A stretch of DNA of 64,000 nt from an uncultured delta proteobacterium (GTDB taxonomy: Bacteria; Myxococcota_A; Polyangia; Polyangiales; Polyangiaceae), in assembly GCA_963806225.1 (NCBI GenBank), contig CAWDXG010000004.1:3552001-3616000 (forward strand). The letters are read 5' to 3'. Shown here in pieces: positions 12,522 to 24,569 of this stretch (positions are counted from its first letter, which is position 1; each line of letters starts with the position of its first letter). The position numbers and the translations under genes were made by a program. Below the pieces are notes generated by a model. That model searched no databases. It was not told the DNA's origin and was given only the letters and a program-made list of their open reading frames with translations.

Positions 12522-13259
12522 TCACTGGATCTGCACGGATACCGCCAGACGACGCCGGTCCATCATGCACTGGTCCGCCGAGCAGACCGACATGTACAGC
12601 GTGCCGGAAACCGTGGCGCGACCCGGCTGGCGGCCGGTAAAGGGCACACCCATGCTGCCGTGGGCGCCTCTGACGCTCATGCCCCGCGCCAGGCTGGACG
12701 GGTAGCTCACGCCCGGTCCCGGGGCGTCGAGCTTGAACTTGTAGGGGTACTTGTCGTTGCAGTGGAAGGGCGACTTCGCCACGAGCACGATGGTCGCCGT
12801 GGCGCTCTTTCCGACCATCACGGGCGAAGGCGCCTGGATCGAGACGCTGAAGTGCTCCGCGCCGACCGACGTGCCGCGCACGGTGTGCTGCTTGGGCGGC
12901 GGCGGCGCGCTCGGCGCCGCGGATGCGCTGGCCTTGGGTTCTTCGGGCTCGGGCTTCGTCGCGGTCGGCTTCGCGGACGCGCCGGTCGGCTGCGACGGCG
13001 CCGCCGACGGATGCTTCGACGGCGCGGTCGCCGACGGCTCGGGCGACTCGTTCGCGGACGCGCCGGACGACGCCGCCGGCGGGGTTTCGATGTCGCGAGG
13101 GTCCGGTGCGGCCGACGCGATGATGGCGCTCGGCAGAGCAGACGTCGAAGCGGCCGAAGCAGGATCCGTCGAGGTCGCCGGGCTCCTGTGACAACCGGGA
13201 AGCAGTATCGCCAGACATGCGCTGCCGACGGCAGCACCCAGGCTCGAACGTCGCATCAT
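12522..13259 (-). CDS. Lipoprotein with Pro/Ala/Ser linker and DsbD-alpha-like Ig domain
   Basis: Lipobox LLPGC; low-complexity linker; beta-sandwich with FHCNDKYP and terminal SVCSADQC. Confidence 0.65.
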   Translation of the reverse strand: MMRRSSLGAAVGSACLAILLPGCHRSPATSTDPASAASTSALPSAIIASAAPDPRDIETPPAASSGASANESPEPSATAPSKHPSAAPSQPTGASAKPTATKPEPEEPKASASAAPSAPPPPKQHTVRGTSVGAEHFSVSIQAPSPVMVGKSATATIVLVAKSPFHCNDKYPYKFKLDAPGPGVSYPSSLARGMSVRGAHGSMGVPFTGRQPGRATVSGTLYMSVCSADQCMMDRRRLAVSVQIQ

Positions 13260-13535
13260 GCCTTCGAATATCGCGTGCGCAGCTTGCTGTCGATCGCGCC
13301 GGGGATCAGCTTCCCCGCGCCTGTCGGCGAAGGCCGCCCGCACCGGGTCGGGGCGACGGCCGGCAAGCCGTCAGCGCGCAGGAAGCGTTCCGCCACGGCC
13401 GGATGCTGCTTCGTGCCGGGAAAATCGCGTAGTTGCATCTGTGCGACGCTGTGTGCGGGTGTGCGCTGCGCGCAGCGTCACGAGCGCCCCGAAGCGGTCA
13501 TGGCGCCGCGCGGCCACAGTCGTTAGTATTGACTC

Positions 13536-14024
13536 ATGCCGTCGATGGGTGCCCGGCTGACGTTGTTCGTATGCGCGATAAGCGTGATGGGCACCCTTAC
13601 GCTTTCCGGCTGCACCAGCTACGTCAAGCGCGGCACCGCGCTCTACTCGGACGGTCGCTACGTGGAAGCGGCGGAAGTGTTCGAGCGCACCGAGTATCGT
13701 CTGCAGGGCGCCTCGCCGCGCGAGCGTGCCGACTACGGTCTGTACCGCGGCATGACGCTGCTGGTGCTCGGCGACCTGCACAATGCGCAGCGCTGGCTCG
13801 GGTACGCGTACGAAGTCGAACAGGCGCATCCGGGCTGTCTGCGCTCCGACAAGCGCGCCCTGCTCGATCGCGGCTGGTACCAGGTGGGGCAGCGTCTGCG
13901 CGCAGCGCCACCTCCGCCGATGCCCCCCGGCACGGCCATCGCCGCCAGCCAGCCTCCCCCCTCGCCAACGCCCGAAGCCCAGGGCCCCGACGCGACTCCA
14001 ATCGAGCGTCGCGGACTGCACTGA
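13536..14024 (+). CDS. Lipoprotein with TPR-like helices
   Basis: Lipobox LSGC; helical hairpins GTALYSDGRYVEAAEVF and YRGMTLLVLGDLHNAQRWL. Confidence 0.7.
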   Translation: MPSMGARLTLFVCAISVMGTLTLSGCTSYVKRGTALYSDGRYVEAAEVFERTEYRLQGASPRERADYGLYRGMTLLVLGDLHNAQRWLGYAYEVEQAHPGCLRSDKRALLDRGWYQVGQRLRAAPPPPMPPGTAIAASQPPPSPTPEAQGPDATPIERRGLH

Positions 14025-14027
14025 GCG

Positions 14028-14552
14028 CTAGGGCGCGACGCGTTCCGAACTGGCAGCGACGGAGGACGCGCGTCCACGCGGCAGCGTAAAAAGCAGCAGC
14101 GCGACGCCGAGGCAGACGTAGTCGTCGGCGAGGTTGTTGATGAACAGGACGTGTCCGCCGGCCGAGAAGCGCATGAAATCGGTGACGGGCCCGAACCGAA
14201 AGCGGTCGATCACGTTGCCCAGCGCACCGGCCAGGATCAGCACCCAGGACGCCCGCACCAGGGACGCTGCGCGACGCCAGCCGCGGAAAGCCGCCCACAG
14301 GACCGCCGCAGTGATCAGGAGCGGCACGACCAGGAGCAGCGGCTCGCGCAGGCGCGCCGGAAGGTCGGCCAGCGCACCGAGCGCCACGCCGCGGTTATGC
14401 ACGAGGGTCAGGTCGACAAGCGGCGGCACGAGCGGGACGGCCCGGCCGTGGCCGAGCAGCACCCGCGCTGCGAGCTTGCTCGCCTGGTCCAGCGCGAGAA
14501 GCGCCACGCCCAGGAAAAGCCACGCTGTTGCGCTTCTCGTCGTCTTGTTCAT
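14028..14552 (-). CDS. lspA: Lipoprotein signal peptidase II
   Basis: DQASK, NRGVALG, GALGNVIDR, VTDF and NLAD catalytic Asp motifs; four hydrophobic segments. Confidence 0.92.
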   Translation of the reverse strand: MNKTTRSATAWLFLGVALLALDQASKLAARVLLGHGRAVPLVPPLVDLTLVHNRGVALGALADLPARLREPLLLVVPLLITAAVLWAAFRGWRRAASLVRASWVLILAGALGNVIDRFRFGPVTDFMRFSAGGHVLFINNLADDYVCLGVALLLFTLPRGRASSVAASSERVAP

Positions 14553-15386
14553 CTAGCCCGACTGCGTGATGCTTCCGGCTTTCGTAACGTTGAAGTGGAA
14601 GCTCCTGTTCCCATTCGTCACGGTGACCTGGATGGTGGTGGCATCCACGCGCGAAAACGAAAGACCCAGGCTCTTTTCGAAGGGCGTGCCCAGCGTGTAG
14701 CTCCCCGCCTGCGGTACCGGATCGACCCAGCGCATCTGCACGCCGTCGATGGCCAGATCCCACTGCCCGCTCTGCCCCGTCCACGAGCGGCTGCCGTCGA
14801 CCTGGAAGCCCTCCGCAATGCCGGCCGACAGGGGCTTCTGCGTGCGGTCGCCGCTGCCGGTCGCGGTCAGGCCATCGGAAACGCGCGTCCACGTCGCGGT
14901 GTGAACGACGTGTCTCGTCTTGTCGGCGAGGCTCCAGGTGACCGTGGCGTCGCCGGTGACCGATACCTTGCCGTTGGACAGCCCGTCCCAGTGATGCTGG
15001 ACCTCCACGTCCCCGGAATCATTGCGGGCGATGGTCACGGAGGTCTTGCCGCTGAAGGTCTGGCCCCGGTAGGTGCAGTTGCCGGGATTCGCGCCGTACT
15101 CGATGGAGAGCGTCGCGTTCTGCAGCGTGATCGCCGCGCAGGGCAGCTGGGAAACGATGAAATCGCGGAGATTCTGGGCCGCGGTCTGGACGGCGTCGCC
15201 GATCGTGAAGTTGGTGGAGATTTCCACCTCGTTCTGGGTCAGCGCCTCGGCCTGCGACGCCACGCTGGCCTCGTCCAGAGCCTGCCGGGCCTGGCTGGCG
15301 GTCAGCGGCGATTTGTCCTTCGGGCATCCCCCGAGGGCCAGAGGGAGAGCCAGCACCGCGGTTCCGAGCAGTAGACGAGCGTTCAT
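14553..15386 (-). CDS. Hypothetical beta-rich lipoprotein
   Basis: GGAGGT RBS; lipobox LGGC; stop codon directly abuts the lspA start. Confidence 0.8.
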   Translation of the reverse strand: MNARLLLGTAVLALPLALGGCPKDKSPLTASQARQALDEASVASQAEALTQNEVEISTNFTIGDAVQTAAQNLRDFIVSQLPCAAITLQNATLSIEYGANPGNCTYRGQTFSGKTSVTIARNDSGDVEVQHHWDGLSNGKVSVTGDATVTWSLADKTRHVVHTATWTRVSDGLTATGSGDRTQKPLSAGIAEGFQVDGSRSWTGQSGQWDLAIDGVQMRWVDPVPQAGSYTLGTPFEKSLGLSFSRVDATTIQVTVTNGNRSFHFNVTKAGSITQSG

Positions 15387-15411
15387 GAAAGCACCTCCAG
15401 CCAGCCAGGAT

Positions 15412-15428
15412 AGCACGGGGTGTGCCAG
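15412..15428 (-). promoter_or_regulatory. Sigma54 (-24/-12) promoter of the lipoprotein-lspA operon
   Basis: Minus strand CTGGCACACCCCGTGCT, with correct GG-N10-GC spacing, just upstream of the RBS and ATG. Confidence 0.65.
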
Positions 15429-15521
15429 CCCCACGTGGACTCCGGACGCAGCCTTCCCACCGCCTGGCGCGCCCGGTCTCGATGCGGGGGCGCGCCGCGG
15501 AGGCGCCGCGATCTGGAGGCG

Positions 15522-17624
<2,103 letters not shown>

Positions 17625-17850
17625 AGCGTTCGTCCTCGAGCGGAGCGCTCGGCTCCGGCGTCGTCCGGGTTGGAGGATAGCAGACTCGGGGCCCTCTCTC
17701 CGGCCAATTGGCCGACGGCGGATTCACCCGCGTGGCGCTGCTCGGTGTCCCTGCCAGCGTGACTTCTGCGTGACCGGCCCCCGCCCCCGCGGGCTCCATC
17801 GTGGGGAACTGGTAGGATGCCCGCCCCGCCGACCGGCGCGCTCGCACACC

Positions 17851-20100
17851 GTGACGGAACCGACCCGAATTCCACCTCCCAACCTGCCCGCGTCCACTCC
17901 GGTGAGCGCGGCGGCACCGCGACCCGGCGCCCCGGCGCTCTTCATCAATCGCGAGCTGTCCTGGCTGGAGTTCAATGCTCGCGTGCTCGCCGAAGCGGCG
18001 GACGACAAGGTGCCGCTGTACGAGCGACTCAAGTTCCTCGGCATCTTCTGTAGCAATCTGGACGAGTTCTTCATGGTGCGCGCTGCCGGGCTGCAGGCGC
18101 AGATGTTCGGGGAAGTCGAGGAAGTACCGCCGGACGGTCTGATCCCGGAAGATCAGCTCACCGCCATCAGCAAGCGCGCCCACGAGCTGGTCGCCGAGCA
18201 CTACCGCATCTGGAACAAGGCGGTGCGCCCCGGCCTGCGCGAGGTGGGCGTAGCGTTGATCAGCCCCGAAGAGCTCGCCGACGCAGACCGCGTCGCACTC
18301 GACGAGCATTTCCGCCAGGATATCTTTCCGGTACTGACGCCGATCGCCATCGATCCGGTGCACCCATTCCCGCACGTCCGCAACAAGAGCATCAACGTCG
18401 GCGTCATTTTCGACAAGCGCGAGCATACCGCCGAGCCCTCCTTCGGCGTGGTGCAGGTACCGACCACGCTGCCGCGGCTCATCCGCGTACCGCTCGACGG
18501 CGCGCGGCGTGCGTTCGTCGCGCTGGAGGATCTGATCTTCCGCAACAAGGAGATGATCTTCCCGCAGATGCGGGTGCTGGGGCAGTACGCGTTCCGCGTC
18601 ACGCGCAACTTCGACATCGAGATCGACGACGACGAAGCGGAAGATCTGCTCATCTCGCTCCAGGCAGAGCTCAGGCGACGCGAGCGCGGGCACGCCGTGC
18701 GCATCGAGGTCAGCGGCAGCGCGCCCGACGACTCGATCACGTGGCTGTGCCGCGAGCTCGACCTGGAAGCGCCGCGCGACGTGTACCGCGTCGATGGCCC
18801 GCTCTACGTTGGCGACATGACCGGCCTCGTCTCGCACGACGAACGCCGGGATCTCAGGGACGAGCCCTTCGCGCCGCAGTACGTGCCGCCGCTCCGGGAC
18901 GCGGACGACTTCTTCGAGACGATCCGCGAGCGCGATGTGCTCCTGCACCACCCGTACGAATCGTTCGAGGCGGTGGTCGACTTCCTGTCGCAGGCCGCCG
19001 AGGACCCGCATGTGCTGGCCATCAAGCAGACGCTGTACCGCACGGGCGGCGAGTCGCCGATGGTGCGCGCGCTGCAGCGGGCGGCCGAGCTCGGCAAACA
19101 GGTAACGGCCCTGGTGGAGCTGAAAGCCCGCTTCGACGAGGAAAGCAACATCCAGTGGGCGCGCGCGCTGGAGCGTTCCGGCGTGAACGTGATGTACGGC
19201 CTGCTCGGCCTGAAGACCCACGCGAAGGTGCTGCTCGTAGTGCGCAAGGAGCGCGGAGGCCTGCGCCGGTACGTGCACCTCGCCACCGGCAACTACAACC
19301 AGCAGACGGCGAGGCTGTACGAGGACCTGTCGCTCTTCACCGCCCGCGAGGACATCGGCGAGGACGCCACGTCGCTCTTCAACCTGCTGACGGGCTACAG
19401 CGCGCCGGATCACTGGAACCACCTGATCGTCGCGCCGCTCGGGCTCCACGAAGCGGTACTCGGGCTCATCACGCGCGAGACGGAGCACGCACGCGCCGGA
19501 AGGCCCGCGGCCATCGTGGCCAAGATGAATTCCCTGGTGGACGCGGACGTGATCAGCGCCCTGTACTCGGCCGCGCAGGCAGGGGTCGAGATCGACCTGT
19601 TGATCCGCGGCATCTGCTGCCTCAGGCCGGGCGTGCCGGACGTGAGCGATCGCATCCGCGTACACGCGACAATCGACCGGTTCCTCGAGCATGCGCGCAT
19701 CTTCTATTTCAAGAACGGCGGTCAGGAAGAAGTGTTCTGCTCCAGCGCCGATTGGATGCCGCGCAACTTCCGGCGCCGCGTGGAGGTGATGTATCCGATC
19801 CTCGACAATACGCTCCAGCGCCGCGTGGTGGACGAGATCCTCGGCACCATGCAGAACGACAACCTCAAGGGCTGGCGTCTCCGGCCGGACGGCACCTACC
19901 AGCGCGTGAAGCCGACGGGCAGCGAGCCGCTACGCAGCCAGCAGCGCTTCATGGAGCTGGCGCGCGAGCGCGCCCGCGAGTCCGAATCGCTGCTGTCGCT
20001 CGGCTCGCGCCAGCTGCTCACCGCTCCGCAGACCCGCCCCAGCTTCGAGACCACGCGCCGCAAGGGGCGCAAGAAGCGACGGCGCGGGCGCGGAGACTGA
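17851..20100 (+). CDS. ppk1: Polyphosphate kinase 1
   Basis: NRELSWLEFNARV, NLDEFFMVR, HHPYESF, IKQTLYR, ELKARFDEE, KTHAK, TGNYN, RFLEHAR, SSADWMPRN. Start taken as GTG 17851. Confidence 0.97.
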   Translation: MTEPTRIPPPNLPASTPVSAAAPRPGAPALFINRELSWLEFNARVLAEAADDKVPLYERLKFLGIFCSNLDEFFMVRAAGLQAQMFGEVEEVPPDGLIPEDQLTAISKRAHELVAEHYRIWNKAVRPGLREVGVALISPEELADADRVALDEHFRQDIFPVLTPIAIDPVHPFPHVRNKSINVGVIFDKREHTAEPSFGVVQVPTTLPRLIRVPLDGARRAFVALEDLIFRNKEMIFPQMRVLGQYAFRVTRNFDIEIDDDEAEDLLISLQAELRRRERGHAVRIEVSGSAPDDSITWLCRELDLEAPRDVYRVDGPLYVGDMTGLVSHDERRDLRDEPFAPQYVPPLRDADDFFETIRERDVLLHHPYESFEAVVDFLSQAAEDPHVLAIKQTLYRTGGESPMVRALQRAAELGKQVTALVELKARFDEESNIQWARALERSGVNVMYGLLGLKTHAKVLLVVRKERGGLRRYVHLATGNYNQQTARLYEDLSLFTAREDIGEDATSLFNLLTGYSAPDHWNHLIVAPLGLHEAVLGLITRETEHARAGRPAAIVAKMNSLVDADVISALYSAAQAGVEIDLLIRGICCLRPGVPDVSDRIRVHATIDRFLEHARIFYFKNGGQEEVFCSSADWMPRNFRRRVEVMYPILDNTLQRRVVDEILGTMQNDNLKGWRLRPDGTYQRVKPTGSEPLRSQQRFMELARERARESESLLSLGSRQLLTAPQTRPSFETTRRKGRKKRRRGRGD

Positions 20101-20107
20101 CGGCGCG

Positions 20108-20659
20108 CTACGGGTCCGTGGGGGTCAGGTCGATCGGGTTGTCCGGCGCACCGCGATGCAGACCGCCGTTGCCAACCCAGTAGATGTAGGCGGGAGCGGG
20201 AGCGCCATCCAGGTACACGTCGAAGCGAACGATCGAACCCGGATCCGTCTGGAAGAAGAACCCGTCGAAGTCGTTGTGCGTCGTCGCTACCATCTCCACG
20301 GCGTTCTGATCGTACCAGTCCACCCAGTCGCGCCCGTCGAGGCGATCCGGTTGGAAGGCCTGGAGCGTGTCACCGTCGCCGGTGGCGACGATGATGTCCC
20401 AGGTGCAGGAGGCCCCCGACACGGCCGTGTCGCAGGCGGTGTACAGATGCCAGTCGCCCCCGGCCTGGTACTCGATGAACGCACCGGCGCCTTGTCCGGG
20501 CTCGATGCCCGCCATGGTGGCGCCAGTGTCGATCGTCGACTGCGGAACAGTCTTCGTCTGACCGCCGCCGGCGTCATACGGCGCGGTGTTGCCGGAATAG
20601 GTGCAGCCGCCGAGCAGAGCTACGAACGGCGCGATCACGAGCAGGTTTCGAAGCTGCAT
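20108..20659 (-). CDS. Hypothetical lipoprotein
   Basis: MQLRNLLVIAPFVALLGGC lipobox; acidic beta-rich domain. The upstream part of the listed ORF is a shadow. Confidence 0.75.
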   Translation of the reverse strand: MQLRNLLVIAPFVALLGGCTYSGNTAPYDAGGGQTKTVPQSTIDTGATMAGIEPGQGAGAFIEYQAGGDWHLYTACDTAVSGASCTWDIIVATGDGDTLQAFQPDRLDGRDWVDWYDQNAVEMVATTHNDFDGFFFQTDPGSIVRFDVYLDGAPAPAYIYWVGNGGLHRGAPDNPIDLTPTDP

Positions 20660-20678
20660 GGCTCTTGCTCCCGACCTT

Positions 20679-22070
20679 CTAGCGACGCCCATGGAAGCCC
20701 CCACGCGCGCCCTGGACGTGCACGGAACGCGGCGAGAAGCTGTGGAAACTGGGCGCCGAGTGGTGAACCGAGTAGGACCGATGCGGCGCCGGCCGATAGC
20801 TGCGCGATGACGAACTGCTCGACGACGAGTGCGAGTAGTGCGTCCAGCTGCGCGTCGGACGGTAGCTGCGCGTCGGACGGTAGCTGCGCGTCGGACGGTA
20901 GCTGCGCGACGGCGCGCTCCGGTACGACGGCGCGCTCCTCGCGGGGCGGCTGCTCCGCGCAGGAACGCGACCCGGCGAGACGCGCCGCGTGGCGCGCGAC
21001 GGCACGCGCACCGGTGCGGGACGCTCGCTGCGGAGCGAGCGCGAGGGAACCGCTGCTCGCTGCCCGGTGAACGCCCGGCCGCCCAACGTGTGCGAGCGCG
21101 AGGTGGCGCTGCCGCGAGCGTGCAGCGTGCGCGACTTGTCCAACCGATGCGCCCCAGTGGGACGCTGCCGCGACACCACGTGCCCGCCGCGCTGGTGGAC
21201 CCTGTACGGAGAGGGACGCGACGCGGCAACCGCTCGCGGATTGGCCGCCGTGTGGTGACGCGGCATGGCCCTCGCCGGGACGTGCGCGCGGTGCGGCGAG
21301 GGGCCGTGCCCGTGCCCATGCCAGCGCGACGTGTGGTGCGCGACGCGGTTGATCAGGCGGCGGTCGTGCACGATGTGCCGGTAGACGTGTGGATAGAAGA
21401 CGTAGTCGCTCTCGCAGAACACGTACGGCACCGGCGGCCCGAACCACAGGGTCACGGCGACGCCGTCGTACCAGCCCCAGGCCGGCGGCATCGGCGCCCA
21501 GCCGATGTAGCCGTAGTCGTCTTCCGGAACGCGCCACACCACCCACGCGTTCGCGTAGCGGCGACCCGGGATCCACGCCCAGCCGGTGCCGCTGACCCAC
21601 ACCCAGCGACCGTAGTGGAACACGACCCAACCGAACGGATAGTCGCTGACCCAGATCCAGTCGCCCGACGCCGTGAGGCCCCAATGACCACTGCTCACGT
21701 ACGGCGCAAAATCCGAGCCCACGTAGTGCGCGCTCGGCACCCAGACCAGACCGTAGGTCGGGTCCTTGACCCAGCTGCCGTACGGATCGAGTGCGGGGCG
21801 GAAATCGGTGAGCGCACCCGGATCCGTGTCCTGGTACTGCGCGCTCGCGACGGCTTTCGAGTTGGAAGACGCGTCCGCGGGCTGGGCGCCGTCCGACGGC
21901 TGGCCTTCATCCGCGGGCGCCGCGCTGTCGGACGAGCCCTGACCGACTTCCCAACCCGAGTCGTCATCAGCTGACTGCGCCCTGGCCAACGGGCCGGACG
22001 CCAGCAGCACCCCGACGGTGGCGAGGGCCACCGCCCACCTCGAGAACCTGTGGGCCATCGTGATTATCAT
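20679..22070 (-). CDS. DUF6600-like Trp/Gly/Pro-rich secreted protein with Arg/Ser/His-rich tail
   Basis: Signal peptide; LDPYGSW..YGLVWVP..GHW..WIWVSDYPFGWVVFHYGRW..GWAWIPG..IGWAPMPP. Confidence 0.8.
   Translation of the reverse strand: MIITMAHRFSRWAVALATVGVLLASGPLARAQSADDDSGWEVGQGSSDSAAPADEGQPSDGAQPADASSNSKAVASAQYQDTDPGALTDFRPALDPYGSWVKDPTYGLVWVPSAHYVGSDFAPYVSSGHWGLTASGDWIWVSDYPFGWVVFHYGRWVWVSGTGWAWIPGRRYANAWVVWRVPEDDYGYIGWAPMPPAWGWYDGVAVTLWFGPPVPYVFCESDYVFYPHVYRHIVHDRRLINRVAHHTSRWHGHGHGPSPHRAHVPARAMPRHHTAANPRAVAASRPSPYRVHQRGGHVVSRQRPTGAHRLDKSRTLHARGSATSRSHTLGGRAFTGQRAAVPSRSLRSERPAPVRVPSRATRRVSPGRVPARSSRPARSAPSYRSAPSRSYRPTRSYRPTRSYRPTRSWTHYSHSSSSSSSSRSYRPAPHRSYSVHHSAPSFHSFSPRSVHVQGARGGFHGRR
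20846..20908. repeat. 18-bp tandem repeat x3.5 (encodes RSYRPT)
   Basis: AGCTGCGCGTCGGACGGT repeated perfectly three times plus a partial copy. Confidence 0.9.
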
Positions 22071-22089
22071 GCGCTTCGCTCCCTACACA

Positions 22090-22106
22090 GGCAACCGCCG
22101 TACCTG
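22090..22106 (-). promoter_or_regulatory. Candidate sigma54 promoter for the DUF6600-like gene
   Basis: Minus strand CAGGTACGGCGGTTGCC (GG-N10-GC with TTGC), 20-35 bp upstream of the candidate starts. Confidence 0.5.
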
Positions 22107-22301
22107 TTGTACGCGGCCCCGGACCGATCGGTGCCGCGGGGGCTCCGGTTTCGTGAAATCGGCGCGAATGTCCAGGTTTCCGGCGACCTGGCAGCCCCGC
22201 CACGAGCGTCCGCGCGCGCCGGACCCGGCGCGATCGAGAACTGGCGGCTGTAGCGCGTGCGACACGGGCGCCACAGCCGCGCCGCGTCGTATGCTCCGGG
22301 C

Positions 22302-23492
22302 ATGCTCGACTTCGACGAAGCGCTGGAGCGCGTGCTGGCGGGCGTGCGTCCACTGGGAACGGAACGGGTCACGCTGGGCGAGGCACAGGGACGGGTGCTG
22401 GCCGAGGCGCTGACGGCCGGCGAGCCCATCCCGGCCTTCGACTACAGCGCGATGGACGGCTACGCGGTCGCGTCGCAGGACTTCACCGGGGAAGGCCCCT
22501 GGACGCTTCCGGTGCGCGGCGAGAGCCAGACCGGCCACCCCGCGCCCGGATTCGAGCGACGTAGCGCGTGTCGCATCTTCACCGGCGCGCCGCTGCCCAC
22601 GGGCGCCGACGCGGTGGTCATGCAGGAGAACGTAGAGCGCGACGGCGACGCGGCGCGCTTCGGCGCGCGCCCGTCCGCCGGCCAACACGTGCGCCGCGCG
22701 GGGGAGGATCTGGAGAACGGCGCCGAAGCGCTGGTCCCGGGCACTCGCCTCGGACCGGGACAGCTGGGCTTGGCAGCGGCCCTCGACCGCGGCGAGCTGC
22801 TGGTCGCGCGCCGGCCCCAGGTCGGCATCCTGTGCACCGGCGACGAGCTGCGCGCACCCGGTTCGGCGCCGCGCCCCGGCAGCATCCCCGAGTCCAACGG
22901 CATCGCGCTGTCCGCGATGGTGCGCGCGGCCGGCGGCACGCCGCATCTCGCGCCGCTCACGCGCGACGACCGCGAGGCCACGCTGCGCGCGCTCGAGCAG
23001 GCCATCACCGGCAACGACGTGCTGCTCACCGTCGGCGGCGTCAGCGTCGGCGAGCACGATCTGGTGCGCCCGGCGCTCGAAGCCGCCGGCGCCGATCTCG
23101 ATTTCTGGAAGGTCGCCATCAAGCCGGGCAAACCGCTGGTGTGCGGTTCGGTCGGCAAGACGCGCGTGCTCGGCCTACCGGGCAATCCCGTCTCTGCACA
23201 GGTGACGTTCGCTCTGTTCGGCGTGCCGCTGCTGCGCGCGCTGCAGGGCGACCGGCAAGCGCTGCCACGCGCCGGGCACGCGGAGCTCACCGATCCGCTG
23301 CGTCAGAAGCCGGGTCGCCGCGGCTACTACCGCGCGCAGCTCGACGGCGCTCGCGTCACCCCGCTCCACAACCAGGCGTCCGGTGCACCCACCAGCATGG
23401 CGTGGGCCAACGCGCTCGTGATCGTCCCAGCCGACTCGACCGGCTTCGACGCTGGCGCGACGGTCGAGGTACTGCCGCTGTGGGCGCTGTAG
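22302..23492 (+). CDS. moeA: Molybdopterin molybdotransferase
   Basis: SAMDGYA, RIFTGAPLP.GADAVVMQE, TGDEL, GGVSVGEHD, IKPGKP, LPGNPVS. Confidence 0.95.
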   Translation: MLDFDEALERVLAGVRPLGTERVTLGEAQGRVLAEALTAGEPIPAFDYSAMDGYAVASQDFTGEGPWTLPVRGESQTGHPAPGFERRSACRIFTGAPLPTGADAVVMQENVERDGDAARFGARPSAGQHVRRAGEDLENGAEALVPGTRLGPGQLGLAAALDRGELLVARRPQVGILCTGDELRAPGSAPRPGSIPESNGIALSAMVRAAGGTPHLAPLTRDDREATLRALEQAITGNDVLLTVGGVSVGEHDLVRPALEAAGADLDFWKVAIKPGKPLVCGSVGKTRVLGLPGNPVSAQVTFALFGVPLLRALQGDRQALPRAGHAELTDPLRQKPGRRGYYRAQLDGARVTPLHNQASGAPTSMAWANALVIVPADSTGFDAGATVEVLPLWAL

Positions 23493-24121
23493 AAGAGACG
23501 GGCGCGGGTCACGCTGCGCGCGGGTACGGCAACGCGCTGGTCGGCATCTTCGTCGGCGGGCAGTCGCGGCGTATGGGCGGCGCGCCGAAGGGTCTGCTGC
23601 GCGCGCCGGACAGCGACGAAACGCTCGTCGTGCGGCTCCTCGGCATCGCGCGCGAAGCGCTGCCCGGCGCGGACGTGGTGCTTGTCGGCCGGGCGGACGC
23701 CTACGCCGCGCTGGGTCTGCCGGCGCTCGCGGACTCGCCGGCCGGCATCGGCCCGCTCGGCGGACTCGCCGCACTGCTCACTCACGCCGCAGCGCGGGAT
23801 GCGAGCCAGGCCTTCGCCGTGGCCTGTGATCTGCCCTTCGTCGGTGCGAAGCTGCTCGGCCGCCTGGCTTCGGAAGCTCCGGCGGCGCCCGCCGCCGCGT
23901 TCCGGGTCGGCGGGATCTGGCAGCCTCTGTTCGCCCGCTACGAACCCCGCGCCACGCTATCCGCGACGCGCGCGGCTCTCGCCGCCGGCGATCGTTCGCT
24001 GCAGAGCGTGCTCTCACGCCTCGACGTGGTGGAGCTCGCGCTTGACGAAACGCAAAGTCGAGAGCTTGCCGACTGGGACACGCCGGAAGACCGCGCGCGC
24101 TGTGACTCCATCTGCAAGTAG
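23480..24121 (+). CDS. mobA: Molybdenum cofactor guanylyltransferase
   Basis: GGQSRRMG..KGLL, GPLGGL, ACDLPF, QPLFARY, DWDTPED; start approximate (GTG overlapping the moeA stop). Confidence 0.88.
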   Translation: MGAVEETGAGHAARGYGNALVGIFVGGQSRRMGGAPKGLLRAPDSDETLVVRLLGIAREALPGADVVLVGRADAYAALGLPALADSPAGIGPLGGLAALLTHAAARDASQAFAVACDLPFVGAKLLGRLASEAPAAPAAAFRVGGIWQPLFARYEPRATLSATRAALAAGDRSLQSVLSRLDVVELALDETQSRELADWDTPEDRARCDSICK

Positions 24122-24128
24122 CGCCCCC

Positions 24129-24569
24129 TCAGTGGTCGTGCGCAACGCAGCGCGCGTCTTCCCAGCCCACCCAGTAGGGGCCGTCGGGACCGTGCTCACG
24201 CTTCCACACGGGAACGCGCTCCTTGATGCGGTCGATGAGCGCTCGGCAGGCGCGGAAGGCCTCGCCGCGGTGGGGCGCGCTGGCCGCGCAGATAACCGCC
24301 GTGTCCCCCACTTCGAGCCGGCCCACGCGGTGCAGCACCGCGAGCCGCACACCGTCGATTTCCGACTCGATCTCCCCGGCGATGGCGCGCATCTCCTTCT
24401 TCGCCATGGGCACGTACGCCTCGTACTCGAGCAAGGTCACGGCGCGGCCGTCGTTGTGATCGCGCACCATGCCGAGGAACAGGGCGATGCCACCCGCCTC
24501 CGGGCGGCGCACCGCGGCGAGCGCCTCGTCGGCGGAGAGTGGCGCCTCGCGCACCTCGAACAACGTCAC
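24129..24569 (-). CDS. moaE: Molybdopterin synthase catalytic subunit
   Basis: GGIALFLGMVRDHN, LEYEAY, HRVGRL, SAPHRGEAF, IKERVPVWKRE; GTGA overlap with the moaC stop. Confidence 0.95.
   Translation of the reverse strand: MTLFEVREAPLSADEALAAVRRPEAGGIALFLGMVRDHNDGRAVTLLEYEAYVPMAKKEMRAIAGEIESEIDGVRLAVLHRVGRLEVGDTAVICAASAPHRGEAFRACRALIDRIKERVPVWKREHGPDGPYWVGWEDARCVAHDH

Noticed and set aside
13403..13420. Sigma54-like CGGCACGAAGCAGC upstream of the DsbD-like gene
   Set aside because: GG-to-GC spacing is off by one base.
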